From: Octopus vulgaris
Lineage: Eukaryota
Reading direction: 5' to 3'
DNA: 64,000 nucleotides
Assembly (NCBI GenBank): GCA_951406725.2
Contig: OX597826.1
Location: 73,656,001-73,720,000 of the forward strand
Below the pieces are notes generated by a model. It did not search any database, was not told the origin of the DNA, and saw only the letters and a list, made by a program, of their open reading frames with translations. The position numbers were made by a program, and so were the translations under genes. Below are positions 28,513 to 40,915 of this stretch, one piece after another. The first letter of the stretch is position 1; each line of letters begins with the position of its first letter.

Positions 28513-31217
28513 TAAAGTTATAGGTTGATTCTCCATGTTTAAATGTTTACTTGAGTGTGGTAGGTTTGATCTTGGCATCTGTTCTGTTGAGAAAGACAAT
28601 TATTGCCAGTTATTTGCCCTGGTGTTTTAGTTTCTGCTCCTTTATCCACCTTTCATTTCAGTTTCTTCATATTTACCTCCCTTTAGTTTATCTTCTGCTC
28701 ATTTATAATTGAACCAAAGGAATCTTTACATTGTCTTTGCAAGTCATCAACAATTTTGCAAGGTTTTTAGCTTTCTTTCTTAAACTAAGAGTCAAATTTC
28801 ATTTCATTGAGAATTTTTTTGTATCTCATATATACATCTTCACATATCCAAATTGACTAAATCCATGCTATTTTCCTAAATTCTTCATGCATTTTTTTTC
28901 TACTTGTACAAATTTTTATCCACTGATCAAAGGAGGCTTGAAAAAATTATGCTTCACTGATAAGGTTTAATAAGGCTGAAACATTGCCTATGGCTGTTTA
29001 ATTTGCCTACTAACAAAGATGAGTTTGTTTTCCTAAGCATGAAAATTAGATTTTCTGCAGAACCAATTATTAATTTCATGGAATTATCTTTGAGAGTTAC
29101 CAGCAATTGCCAATGATTTTTTTTTTCTTTTTATCCTCAAGCCAAGAGATAAGCTACAATTCATTTTGAATTTTTTCATGTTCACCATTCAATACATTTC
29201 CACCTCCATGATTTACACAGATTTTGGAACTACAGTGGAACATTTTAAATGCCCAAAAAGTTAGTAAAGACTAGACAAATAGGCACAGGAGTGGCTGTGT
29301 GGTAAGTAGCTTGCTTACCAACCACATGGTTCCGGGTTCAGTCCCACTGCATGGCACCTTGGGCAAGTGTCTTCTGCTATAGCCTTGGGCCAACCAAAGC
29401 CTTGTGAGTGGATTTGGTAGACGAAAACTGAAAGAAGCCCGTCGTATATATGTATATATAAATATATATATATGTGTGTGTGTGTGTCTGTGTTTGTCCC
29501 CCCAACGTTGCCTGACAACCGATGCTGGTGTGTTTACATCCCCGTAACTTATAGGTTCGGCAAAAGAGACCGATAGAATAAGTACTAGGCTTACAAAGAA
29601 TAAGTCCTGGGGGCGATTTGCTCGACTAAAGGCAGTGATCCAGTATGGCCGCAGTCAAATGACTGAAACAAGTAAAAGAGTAAATAGTCTTGAAGACAGT
29701 ATAAAGAAGCCATTGGTCACTCAGTTAAGTACATGGCCTAGTGGTTAGAGTGTTGCACTCCTGATTGCAAGATTGTGGTTTCAGTTCCCAGACTGGCTGT
29801 GCATTGTATTCTTCAGCAAGATATTTCATTTTATGTTGCCTCAGTCCACTCAGCTGCAAATGGGTAACTTTGTGAGAGATTAGCACACAAGGGTCAGATG
29901 GGGACTCAGGAGAATCACCCAAATGGAGGTCTCGCAAACCATGTCTTTTATTCATCAACAGGATGAACAGTAGAACCTGAACCCCGCGATTGATTAGGAT
30001 TAGTTGTCCAGCCATGTCAAAGGTCATCATAATCATCAGTCCAGTGACCACCCTCTGCTAATGTGAAATGTGACAAAGTGTTTTGCTTAAATCCAGATAT
30101 CTCAGTGGAAGAGACAATCCTTAAAATTAGAGGATATTAGAGATGTGAGAAGTGGCTGGAACAGCACTGGGTCAAAATCAAGGTTAGCCATTTGTATCAG
30201 ACACACAAGTGGTTCAGTCAGCTCTCTCTCCCTCTCTCTCTCTATCTCCCCCTCTCTCTCTCACTCACTCACTCACCCCCTCCTTCCTCTGTAATTTATT
30301 TGAATTCATTTTCTGTGATTGATACATGTTCAAACTTCATGACTCATGGACATGGCTTATCTCTTTGTTTCTCTCTTTTCTCAGAAGTGTTTCAATTATC
30401 TATTATTTTCTTTTTATGTTACTTTTATTCGTAGTTAACTCCTTGCCCTTATATATTGCACACTGTGTGTGTGTGTGTGTTTGTGTGTTTGTGTGTGTGT
30501 GTGTGCCTCTAGCCACTAAAGCTTTTTTTATTCTCTCTGTTTATTTTCTCATATTCCCTTTTGTTGAAGAGGGTAAACTCGAAACATAAAAGACTTTCTC
30601 ACCTTCCCAAGCTTTAAACTAATTCACTTGTTTGTTGTTTATACACCTGTCTTCTTTTTTTTTTTTTTTTTGTAAATTCCAACTATATATATATATATAT
30701 ATATATGCCAGCGCCACATATATATATATATATGCCAGCGCCACCTGACTGGCGGCCATGTCGGTGACACATAAAAAGCACCAATCGATCCTGGCTGTTT
30801 GCCAACCTGCTCTGGCCCCTGTGCCAGTGGCACATAAAAAGCACCCACTACACTCATGGGCTCATTGGCGTTAAGAAGGGCATCTAGGGGTAAAAACACT
30901 GCCAGATCAGATTGGAGCCTGGCGCAGCCTCCGGGCTTCCCAGATCCCGGTTTAACCGTCCAATCCATGTTAGCATGAAAAATGAACGTTCAATGATGAT
31001 GATTATATATATATATATATATATTTCATCATCGTTTAACGTCCGCCTTCCATGCTCTGAGTGAGAGACCCTTTGTCGCCAGTAGGGGAAGAAGCTTTCT
31101 AAACTTTGCCCAGGCTATTCTTATTCTAGTGGTAACTCTCTTTGAGCATCTACCCCCACTACTAACTTGGTCACCTAGGTAGCAGGAACTATCAACTACT
31201 TATATATATATATATAC

Positions 31218-31692
31218 ATGTAAGGAAAATAAGACAAGGTAGAAAACGCTACAATAATTTTATCATGAAATATATTTTGTAACAGTTGTACAGGTTTCAG
31301 TCTTTTCACCATTTTTCAACTATGAGTAAAACAAAGGTGGATTTTAAGAAGAAAAACAATTAAATTTCAGAAAAAATTAAATGAAATGTTTTGTAAATAT
31401 TTCCATAGTCTTCAATTTGTTTCTGCACCCATAAACACTATTCTTTCAGATCTGTTTCACAAAGGAAAAGGGAGAGAAACAGAAAAAAGGAAAATGCCCT
31501 ACCTATTTGAAGACTATGGAAATATTTACAAAACATTTCATTTAATTTTTTTCTGAAATTTAATTGTTTTTCTTGTTTTACTCTTAGTTGAAAAAGTTCA
31601 AAAGACTGAAACCGATACTAACCGTTACAAAATGTATTTCATGAAAAAAATTATTTTAGCATTTTCTACCTTGTCTTATTTTCCCTTTACAT
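31218..31692. repeat. Fold-back element with ~190-nt inverted arms and a degenerate hammerhead-like motif
   Basis: Arms at about 31218-31415 and 31507-31692; motif at 31584-31621. Confidence 0.8.
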
Positions 31693-31735
31693 ATCATCTC
31701 ATGTGTTACATCTCAACCTTCTACATATATATCTA

Positions 31736-33006
31736 CACAGACATGCAAGAAGTAAACAGACACCTTTAATTTTCAAAATTTCTGATCTAAGCGTCTTAAT
31801 ATGTTTTCAGCAGTGTAGAATTTACAATGTAATTATTCTTTTTCATTCCAGGTGCCATTATATTAAACATTTGCAAAGAGTAACCATGCCACACACAAAA
31901 AATTTGGCAGAACTGTCAGATTTTCAAAGAGGTTGTATTGTTGGGCAATCTAGGGTGGTCTTAGCCAGCGAAAAATTGCCGAAAATCTTCAAATTCCTCT
32001 TGCAACTGTTAATAGAATTATAGTGCAATTCAAAAGCCAAGGAAAAGAATCAACAGATTCCCATCCCGGTTGACCTGGGCCCTCGGAAAGGAAGCTTTGC
32101 TGTTTGAAGACAATTGTGGAAAACAAACCCCATTCGATGGCTTCTGACATTGCAAAACAGCCAGGTGTTAGTCCAAGAACGTGTGTTACTTATCTGCATA
32201 AGCTTGGGTATTATGGGCAAGCAGCTAGAAGAAAACCTCTCCTTCAACCAATTAATATCATGAAAAGAAAGAAATGGGCTAAGGAAATGTCAGAAAAATC
32301 CAGTTCAATTTGGAATAGAGTGATTTTCTCAGATGAATCCAGATTTGCATTATTTTCAGACAGTGGATGTGTTTGGGTCTGGAGGCTTCCCAATCCAGAA
32401 TTTGATTTGAAACGACTCCAACCAACTGTGAAACATGGCGGTATCTCTGTAATGGTATGGGAAGTTGTCACCAGCAATGGTTGTTCTGAGCTGATCGAAT
32501 GTATTGGAACCATAAACTCTGAAAAATACATCGAAATGCTTAAGCAAGGACTACCTCCAATGTATTCACACAATAACATGACGAAAGATGAGTTTTTATT
32601 CATGGAAGATGGGGCTCCATGCCACACAGCGACGAGGAATCAACAGTGGCTGACTGAAAATGGGATCCAAAAGCTTCTTTGACCAACCCAATCTCCTGAT
32701 GGGAACCCAATTGAAAATCTTTGGAGCATACTAGATAGAGCTACACTAAAAACTCAACAGAAACCTAAATCTAAAGATGAATTGTTTCGATTGTTGCGTG
32801 AAAAGTGGGCAGAAATTCCACAAGAGACAATCACAAAGCTCATCAGTTCAATGCCAAAAAGAGTTTCTGAATTAAAAACTACAAAGAGAATGTCAACTAA
32901 ATACTAAAGTATGTAGTCCTACCTATCGATTACATTTTAGTTGTTCGTTTTGTGTATTAAATAAAAGATTTTGAAAATTAAAAAAAATCTATATACACCC
33001 TGCATG

Positions 33007-33012
<6 letters not shown>
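31736..33012 (+). mobile_element. Tc1-family DNA transposon, full-length but decayed (about 1.28 kb)
   Basis: TIRs CACAGACATGCA...TGCATGTCTGTG with TA on both sides; internal transposase pseudogene. Confidence 0.92.
31886..32907 (+). pseudogene. Tc1 DD34E transposase pseudogene
   Basis: Motifs ELSDFQRGCIVG, VIFSDES, PTVKHGG, FMEDGAPCH and *PTQSPDGNPIENLW (34 residues from D to E). N-terminal frameshift and a TGA at 32680-32682. Confidence 0.92.
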
Positions 33013-33051
<39 letters not shown>

Positions 33052-33148
33052 TTCATTTTTCTTCTTTTTCTTCATTTCTTTATTCGTTTTTTTCCGGTCC
33101 TTTGTTTCATTGTGTCCTTAATCTATACCCTACACATTTTCTCTATTT

Positions 33149-33204
33149 GTCTCTAATGACGGAATATCCCATATTTTGGGATGTCCCAGAAACAGCTGTA
33201 AGAC
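33149..33204 (+). ncRNA. Type I minimal hammerhead-ribozyme-like motif (core G5->A variant)
   Basis: GTCT-CTAATGA-[11-bp stem II]-GAAA-CAGCTG-TA-AGAC. Confidence 0.65.
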
Positions 33205-33292
33205 TTTAAATTTTTCTAATAATAGTAACATATATAACTTGAGATGCTTGTCTTGCCTTAGTGTTTGTTGTTTTCTTTAACAATTATGTACG

Positions 33293-33326
<34 letters not shown>

Positions 33327-34599
33327 GAGGTGCAATGGCCCAGTAGTTACGGCAGCGGACTCGCGGTTGTAGGATCGCTGTTTCGATTCCTAGACCGGGC
33401 GTTGTGAGTGTTTATTGAGCGAAAACACCTAAAGCTCCACGAGACTCCGGCAGGGGGTGGTGGTGATCCCTGCTGTACTCTTTCGCCACAGCTTTCTCTC
33501 ACTCTTTCTTCTGTTGGCCTGCTCACTTAGCCAGCGGGGTGGCATCATTTGAAGGCTAAAACAATGCGAAGCGCATTGTGACCAGCGATGTGTAGCAACA
33601 TCTGATAGCCTGGTCAATTACGGTGATATATATATATATGTTCTCCGTCTCTGTTGGATGCAAGACCAGCCACATCAGTTGTAGACTTCATCCTCGCACA
33701 AGTACAACCCACATCCTTCAAGTACATCCTGCTCTTATCTCGACAAGTATGACGCACCCACTCTCCCTATCTTGACAAATGTAACCTCTCTGCACACCCT
33801 GTTTTAACAAATCATTACAGGGTGGGAGCCACTACTACTCCATTTTTGACCCAAATCTGTTAAATATGCCAATCGTAAAAATTCGTACACTCCTATTGAA
33901 CCAACCATTTTTCTATAAGCTTCCCTCTTCTTGCCACCACACTGTAAATACTTTTAGCAGCATTGCAGAGAGACATAGAAAGAAGAAAGATATTCCGACT
34001 GAAAAGACAGTAGCTCTGAATGAAATTCAACATGGACTCAGCTAACTGCATAGAAGGCAACCCGTCTTGAAGCTACAAGATAATGCAAGATTAGTTCAAG
34101 ACAATGTGATTAAATAAGCATTAGATTTATCAAAGTAATCTGAACACTAATGGTTTAATGAGGCAACCACAGGAGAAATTCTTAACTTAGAACAAATATT
34201 CATTAATCTGAAGAAAGATTTGACGTGCTCTGTAGTTTGGTGGTCAGTAAGAAAGCTTTTCAGCCCCCACCTGCTATAGTTCCTCCAAGCTATAACAGAG
34301 GAGTTTAACATCAGCTGTCCATGGGAAATCTTTGCCTAATCTATCAAGGATTTAGACAAGAAATTTTATACAGAGAAACAAAACCTAGAACTGAGAAACT
34401 TCAAAGTTATTTGAATAATGGCAAAAGTTTTAGCAGGAAAGATATCAAGATATTATTGTCATCAGGGAAGTAAATATACTTGATATGCCAAAAAAAAAGG
34501 AAGATAAGAATTCCATACGATGTACCCAATGTAAATTGAGTGCACAAGAGGTATAATGAGCTCACAGGTAGAGTAACTGGAAAGGATATGTGGGACAGG

Positions 34600-35310
34600 T
34601 GCACAGGTGTGTTTAGCAGTTAGAGAACACGTAATATATTTCAAATACTTGGACTGTTGATATCTTCTCTTACCTAGATGACATAATTAACAGTAAACAC
34701 AGGTGCCCTGAGAGTGTAATAACCTAGCTAGGTGATGTAAATTTGTGGTGGATACAGGCGCTCTAAAAGCATAGTAACCTAGCTAGGTGACCTAATTAAT
34801 AGCGGATACAGGTGTCCTGAAAGTAATAACCTAGCTATGTGACCTAATCAACAGTGGATACAGGTGATTTGAAAGTGTAGTAACCAAAGTAAGAATGGAG
34901 TTGAAAAAGTTCTGAGATCTAGTGCTACTGGCAACAAAGAGATTCTCTCTCTGAAAAGCAGATTCTATAATGCTTGTGTGGAGTGTGATGCTGGATGGTA
35001 GGAAGGAATACTTGGTCTTTGAATGGAAAGGATGTGTAAAATGTCTGGGTAGAAATGTAGCAAGCATGCTTCGTTGAAAGTGCAATAATAGTGTGCATGA
35101 ATGATTCTAAATGAGCTGAGAGAAAAACTGGGTACAAGAGGAGCCTGGTTGTGTACAAGAGGAAGATTTCTCGGGTACACACACATGTCATGCATGAAAA
35201 TTCACAGCTGGGTGAAGAAGTACCATGTGCAAAAAGTCTGCAAAAGAGACCGAAGTTGTGAAAACTGGCTTCAGAAAGTAGAACCTCTTAAAGATGACAA
35301 AAGACCACAA
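34600..35310 (+). mobile_element. Decayed RTE-like LINE fragment, including a ~52-nt tandem expansion at about 34670-34885
   Basis: Degenerate ETWSL...LGRNVASMLR segment; unit taacctagctaggtgacctaatt...ggatacaggtg repeated about 4 times. Confidence 0.55.
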
Positions 35311-35484
35311 GAACTTTGTGCTTGAAAAAAAAAACTTGTCCAACCCAAGGTAACATGGACAAAATGGATGCAATGATGATCTCCATCTTCCAAGATTGTT
35401 TATCCAATCTTCTAAGCTGTTTTTCACAGCTATTCTGCATTCAACATTTCCTTTATCTTCTCTTCTTCTGTCTTGAGACAGCAT

Positions 35485-35755
35485 TCACCCGGGGTGGGTT
35501 GAGCTGGCTTCATTCATCCTCAATGCTGCATCTCTCACAAACGCTGACCAGACTTGGCGATTTGAGTCTAACGACTTCGTGATCTCCAACCACTCCTTAT
35601 TCCAGCGGCGAACACCGTAGATATGGGGGCCTAGGTTGGGTTCCAGATCAGCCTTGACTGTCATCAGCCAGGTTTTTCGTTGTCCACCACATCGCTTTCG
35701 CCAGCCCTGAAGGGGAGCTGGGACAATTGCTTCATAGATGATTTCAAACATTTCT
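35485..35755 (-). mobile_element. RTE-like LINE 3' fragment
   Basis: GWRKRCGGQRKTW...W...NRQVWSAFVRD resembles an RTE C-terminus. Confidence 0.7.
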
Positions 35756-36052
35756 CATGTACTTTATTTTCTGTAAAATACCAACTCAGTGCTTCAAAAT
35801 TTGTTTATAAAAATGTTCTCGCATTCCAAAAAGCTGTTATTTAGCATTATAAAAGACAGCATCTATTGTCAGGGGTCACTTAGCTTAATGCTGCAGAGTG
35901 TTCAACCAGAATGTTTAGGATTCATTTCTCTGTTGCAGCTTGATGGCCCTTTTTTTTTCTATCTTCTAAGGTGTTTACCCAATCTTGTAAACTGTTTTCA
36001 CATCTATTCTACATTTGAGATTTCCTTTTTTTTTTTTTTGTAAACTGTTTAA

Positions 36053-36272
36053 CCCTTTCGTTACCGTATTCATTTTGAGATGCTCTGTATTTCTTTCAAT
36101 TACTTTAAATATAACAAAGAATTTAGTAAAATAACTTAGTTATCATTAAGCTAGTGTTAGGAACATAAATTGTGATTAAGGTTTGGTGGAAGATTTTAAT
36201 TCAAAACTTATGGAAACAAGACATTTGTACTCAGAGCCAGAGCCGGTTTCAGCCAGGTTGGTATCGAAAGGG
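36053..36272. mobile_element. piggyBac-type MITE (~220 bp family)
   Basis: TTAA-CCCTTTCGTTACC...GGTATCGAAAGGG-TTAA; other copies at 49152, 49388 and 62080. Confidence 0.85.
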
Positions 36273-36461
36273 TTAAGATATATACTCATACACATGCTAT
36301 AGCTAATCATTTCACTGTACATGTCTACACACATTCTACATCAATATTTCTATTTTCAATCCAGGGAGGTGAAGAAGACAATATGGCTAAGTTGAGTTGT
36401 ACCAATGTTTCAATATTTCTGCTGAATTTTCTTCAATAAGTGAGTATAGAATAAAGAAAAG

Positions 36462-36578
36462 ATGGCAGTGACAACTTTCAAAGGTGACATGTTGCGGGAA
36501 GCAATCCATAAGGGTGACCTCAACAGTGTCAAACATTTGTTGGACATTGGAAACATCAATTTACAAGAAAGAGATGTG
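36462..36578 (+). CDS. KIDINS220: Kidins220/ARMS coding exon 1 (MAVTTFKGDM...LQERDV), first ankyrin-like repeat
   Basis: ATG at 36462, 39 codons, GTAAGA donor at 36579 (phase 0). An upstream acceptor ttttcaatccag ends at 36364. Joins in frame to 38080. Confidence 0.85.
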
Positions 36579-36691
36579 GTAAGATCTTTCCCTCCTAACA
36601 TACTTTCTTTCCACTACACTTGTGTGTGTGTGTGTGTGTGTGTGTAGGTTTGGTGATGCAAACAAGAAAAATTGAATTTAAAACATAAATG

Positions 36692-36740
<49 letters not shown>

Positions 36741-36892
36741 TTTATTTAAAGCAGCAGAAAATTCAACAAAACCTGTTACTCGGAGTTCCACGTTCCCGTT
36801 CGTCAGGCAGTTTTTGCAAAAACTGTCCAACGAACGGCAACGTGAAACTCAGAGTAACAGGTTTTGTTGAATTTTCTGCTGCTTTAAATAAA
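36741..36892. repeat. Near-perfect 152-nt palindrome carrying two divergent minimal hammerhead-like motifs
   Basis: Arms are symmetric about 36816/36817; motifs at 36773-36810(-) and 36823-36860(+). Confidence 0.85.
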
Positions 36893-36962
36893 CCATATTA
36901 CTCTACCACTGGTATTTGAGTACTCTTTTTTCCACCTTGTTTCACATTTATGTGTTTACTCT

Positions 36963-36998
<36 letters not shown>

Positions 36999-37190
36999 TA
37001 CTTAGCAGAAGCAACAGAGTGACTCAAGGGTCGAGAGTTTTGCTTGATAAATGCTAACACAGGAAACTCGCAGCCCTTGAGCAACTCTGTTGTTTCTGCT
37101 AAATATTAATAAATGAATATATACATACATATATATGAATATACATTTACATATATATACATACATATACATATATAAATATACACATAT

Positions 37191-37239
<49 letters not shown>

Positions 37240-37315
37240 CCCACATACATATAAATATATATAAATGCATATATATACACACATATATATACACATACAT
37301 ACATTACCTATATAT

Positions 37316-37378
<63 letters not shown>

Positions 37379-37394
37379 CACACACATATCTCTC

Positions 37395-37830
37395 TCTATC
37401 CGCTCAGTCGAAGTCAACTCTCAGTCACTCATTGGATCAGTGTCCTCCAGTCAGTTCTTTCCTGGGCCACTTCTTTCAGATTGGCTATGTCCATTCCGGT
37501 ATCACTCTTGATAGTGTCAAGCCAGCGGGTTCTTGGTCGGCCTCTTCCTCTCTTGCCACTGACCATTCCGAGCATGATGTCCTTCTCCAGGGATTTTCTC
37601 CGCATAATATGACCAAAATATGCCAATCTATGCTTGGTGATCCTAGCTTCTAGCGACATTTTCGGCCTTATCTGCTTAAGAACTTCTCTATTGGTGAGCA
37701 TCGCTGTCCATGGAATCCGCAAAAGTCTTCTCCAACACCAAAGCTCGAATGCATTAATTCTCTTCTGGTCAGTTTTCTTTAGTGTCCAGGTCTCGCATCC
37801 ATATGTTGCTATTGGGAAGACAATATATAC
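37395..37830 (-). mobile_element. RTE-clade LINE 3' fragment
   Basis: VFPIATYGCETWTLKK...AFELWCWRRLLRIPW...YFGHIMR...GKRGRGRPRTRWLD. Confidence 0.9.
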
Positions 37831-38079
37831 TGGCAAAGATCTGTTGAGTCAAGTGAAATCATTGTCATGGCCAATGCCAGTACTGCCTGACTGTCTGTCT
37901 TCAGAAGGAGACTACTTCAAAGGAGATTAAATGCCAAATTGAAATGTGTTGTAGTTATCTTTCTACAGCACCAATCCTGATACTTTTCTATCAGACCCTG
38001 TATATGATTATACATGTATATTTATGCACACTCTCATGCACAAATTTTTAATAATATTCTCTCTTTTACGTAACCCTAG

Positions 38080-38178
38080 GATGGTCACACCTTCTTAATG
38101 TTGGCTGCAGAAAAAGGTGACTTGAGAATTGTCCATGAACTTTTGGATGCTGATATGGATGTCAATGATGTTGACAAT
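38080..38178 (+). CDS. KIDINS220: Kidins220 ankyrin exon DGHTFLMLAAEKGDLRIVHELLDADMDVNDVDN
   Basis: tag acceptor, GTAAGT donor, 99 nt, phase 0/0, ankyrin consensus. Confidence 0.95.
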
Positions 38179-38402
38179 GTAAGTATTCTGTTCCTTTCCA
38201 AATTTCAACAGTGTACGGCAACCAGTCATAGACCTTCCAATTATATACACATGCACACTGTTCATTTTATAACATTTTAAATTCCAGTTATATACACCCA
38301 CTAATTAATCTTTCACATTTCAATTATCATGATTCCAACACCCTCCTCACGTGGCCATATGTCTTCCCACTTTTAACTAAGCCATTAATTATATAGATAT
38401 GG

Positions 38403-38457
<55 letters not shown>

Positions 38458-40125
38458 TATGCCTTGAGGACCCATCTGGTTATTTCATCTCTATTGTCTT
38501 ATTTCTTCACTACCCACAAGGGGCTAAACACAGAGGGGACAAACAAGGACAGACAAACGGATTAAGTCGAGTATATCGACCCCAGTGCGTAACTGGTACT
38601 TATTTAATCGATCATGAACGGCAAAGTCGACCTCAGCAGAATTTGAACTCAGAACGTAGCAGCAGACAAAATACTGCTAAGCATTTCACCCAGCATGCTA
38701 ACGATTCTGCCAGCTCACCACCAGTATTGTCTGTCCCTTTGCAGTTCCTACTGATTATTCTCTCCCTTCCCTGTGAATAACCATGCAGCTCTTCTACAAG
38801 AACCTGTTCTATTCCCCACCTTCTCTCATTCTTTTACCCCTCATAACCCTAGGATAAAGTCAATCCCTGTCTCCCTTGCAGCTCATAGGTTTTACAATGG
38901 CAACATCAGTAGTGCTGGTGGCACCAAAAAAAAGCACCCAGTACCACACTGTAAAGTGGTTGGCATGAGGAAGGTTATCCAGCCATAGAAACCAGAAACA
39001 GACATTGGAGCACAGTGCAGTCCTTGAACCCATCGGATCCTGTCATACCTATTTCTTTACTAGCCACAAGGGACTAAACACAGAGGGGACAAAAAAGGAC
39101 AGACAAATGGATTAAGAACGTAACAGCAGATGAAATACCTATTTCTTTACTACCCACAAGGGGCTACACACAGAGGACAAACAAGGACAGACAAACAGAT
39201 TAAGTCGATTATATCGACCCCAGTGCGTAACTGGTACTTATTTAATCGGCCCCAAAAGGATGAAAGGCAAAGTCGACCTCGGCGGAATTTGAACTCAGAA
39301 CATAGCGACAGGCGAAATACCGCTAAGCATTTCGCCCGGCATGCTAACATTTTTGCCAGCTTGCCACCTTGTCCTGTCATACCGTCCAGTCGATGCTCCA
39401 GCATGGAACATGAATGTTAAATGGTGATGTTGATGATGATGTATGTATATCTGGTTATTAGGTTGATATATAGGACTATTGATTACTCAGTCAGGAGTCC
39501 AAATGTTACTTCAGTTCTCCATACTTTGTGTCACGGCTCTTCTTTTATTCTGCTTGCTTTATTTTACCAGATTAGCAACAAGTACTTCTACTTTGCAAGT
39601 AGTTTGTTGTACAAGGGGGATCTTGAATAAAAAAAAAGCATTGCTTCAACAATATGAAATATCCAAACTTGCATGAAACATTTCTGGCTGTGGGGAAAAT
39701 ATTAGCTTGCTTGAAAACAAGTAAGGTTTGATGACAGGAAAGGCACCCAACTGCAGATAGTGTGCCTCAGTAAGCTTCATCCAACCCATGCAAGCATGGA
39801 AAAGAGGATGTTAAAACAAAGATAATAATTCTTTAGTTACCTAAGTTTACCTTGATTCGTATGTCCCCGTCTTGACTTTACACACTTTCATTTATTCAAA
39901 GACCACATGGGTTTCATGGAGGGCAACAAACATCATGGGTGTCATCGCATGATGACACCCTCTGACTTCAATGAACAAATAAATAAAAAATATATATATA
40001 ATTTTCCCCCTCTCTTCCATTACTTGTTTCCAAAGTTGACCCTCCCTCCTCACTCTGCCACCACCTGTCACAAATATTTACCTGGTCAGATATGTCTAAC
40101 ATATATTTTATGTCTATGGTCACAG

Positions 40126-40224
40126 GACAACTGGACAGTTCTTATGTATGCAGCTAAAGAAGGACATCAAGAAATTGTGATAGAACTCTTGGAGAAACAT
40201 GCCGTTGTTGACCACAGAGATTTG
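40126..40224 (+). CDS. KIDINS220: Kidins220 ankyrin exon DNWTVLMYAAKEGHQEIVIELLEKHAVVDHRDL
   Basis: cag acceptor, GTAAGT donor, 99 nt, phase 0/0. Confidence 0.95.
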
Positions 40225-40915
40225 GTAAGTTCTTGTATTTAGCACCAGATTAATTCTCTTTGAGTCTACCTGTAATCAGGGTTGTTTCAACTGCAATCAT
40301 CATGCCTTTTATAAATGCAATGTATAAAGGATTGTATTATCTAATGTATAGTGGTTATAACTGTTGTTGCTGTTGTTGTTGTTGTTAAGCAACAAGATTG
40401 GTAAGGATGATGTAGGTGATAGTCTAGGGCTTAGGGGTGGGAGATTCCAGACCTTTGAAAAAAAAATTTTGGTCATCTTGTTGTAGTCGAGGGCTCTTCA
40501 TTGACGCCCGACACCACTGGGAGGTGAAAATGCGATCGATAAAGATGTGGGAATGTGCATTTGTACATGCAAGGACATCAGCTGTTGCAATCGATACTAT
40601 GCATATGCGAGAAAAATGCATATGCAGTTTGCGCAAAAAAGCCGGCTGGCTTGAAATAATGCCACAAAATGGGACGGTCAGACAAGTTGTTTTGAGAAAA
40701 TTTGGTTTAAATGTTTGACAACTCAGCACTGTCTATTGGACGAGGGGGCGTTTTGCCCGTTACATTATATAGTCAAACATCACAACGAAAACATGACTAA
40801 AAGACATAATTTTAAAATGTGTTAAGCCGTATAATTTCCAATATATTATCTATTCAAAATGTCTGTGACGTAACAGAAATTGTGGAGTGACAGAATATAT
40901 GTCTTATAGTTTTCA

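Noticed and set aside
34670-34885. Regularly spaced repeats resembling a CRISPR array (also 47460-47670 and 54548-54830)
   Set aside because: The units are contiguous degenerate tandem copies without unique spacers. There are no cas genes, and the context is a eukaryotic TE.
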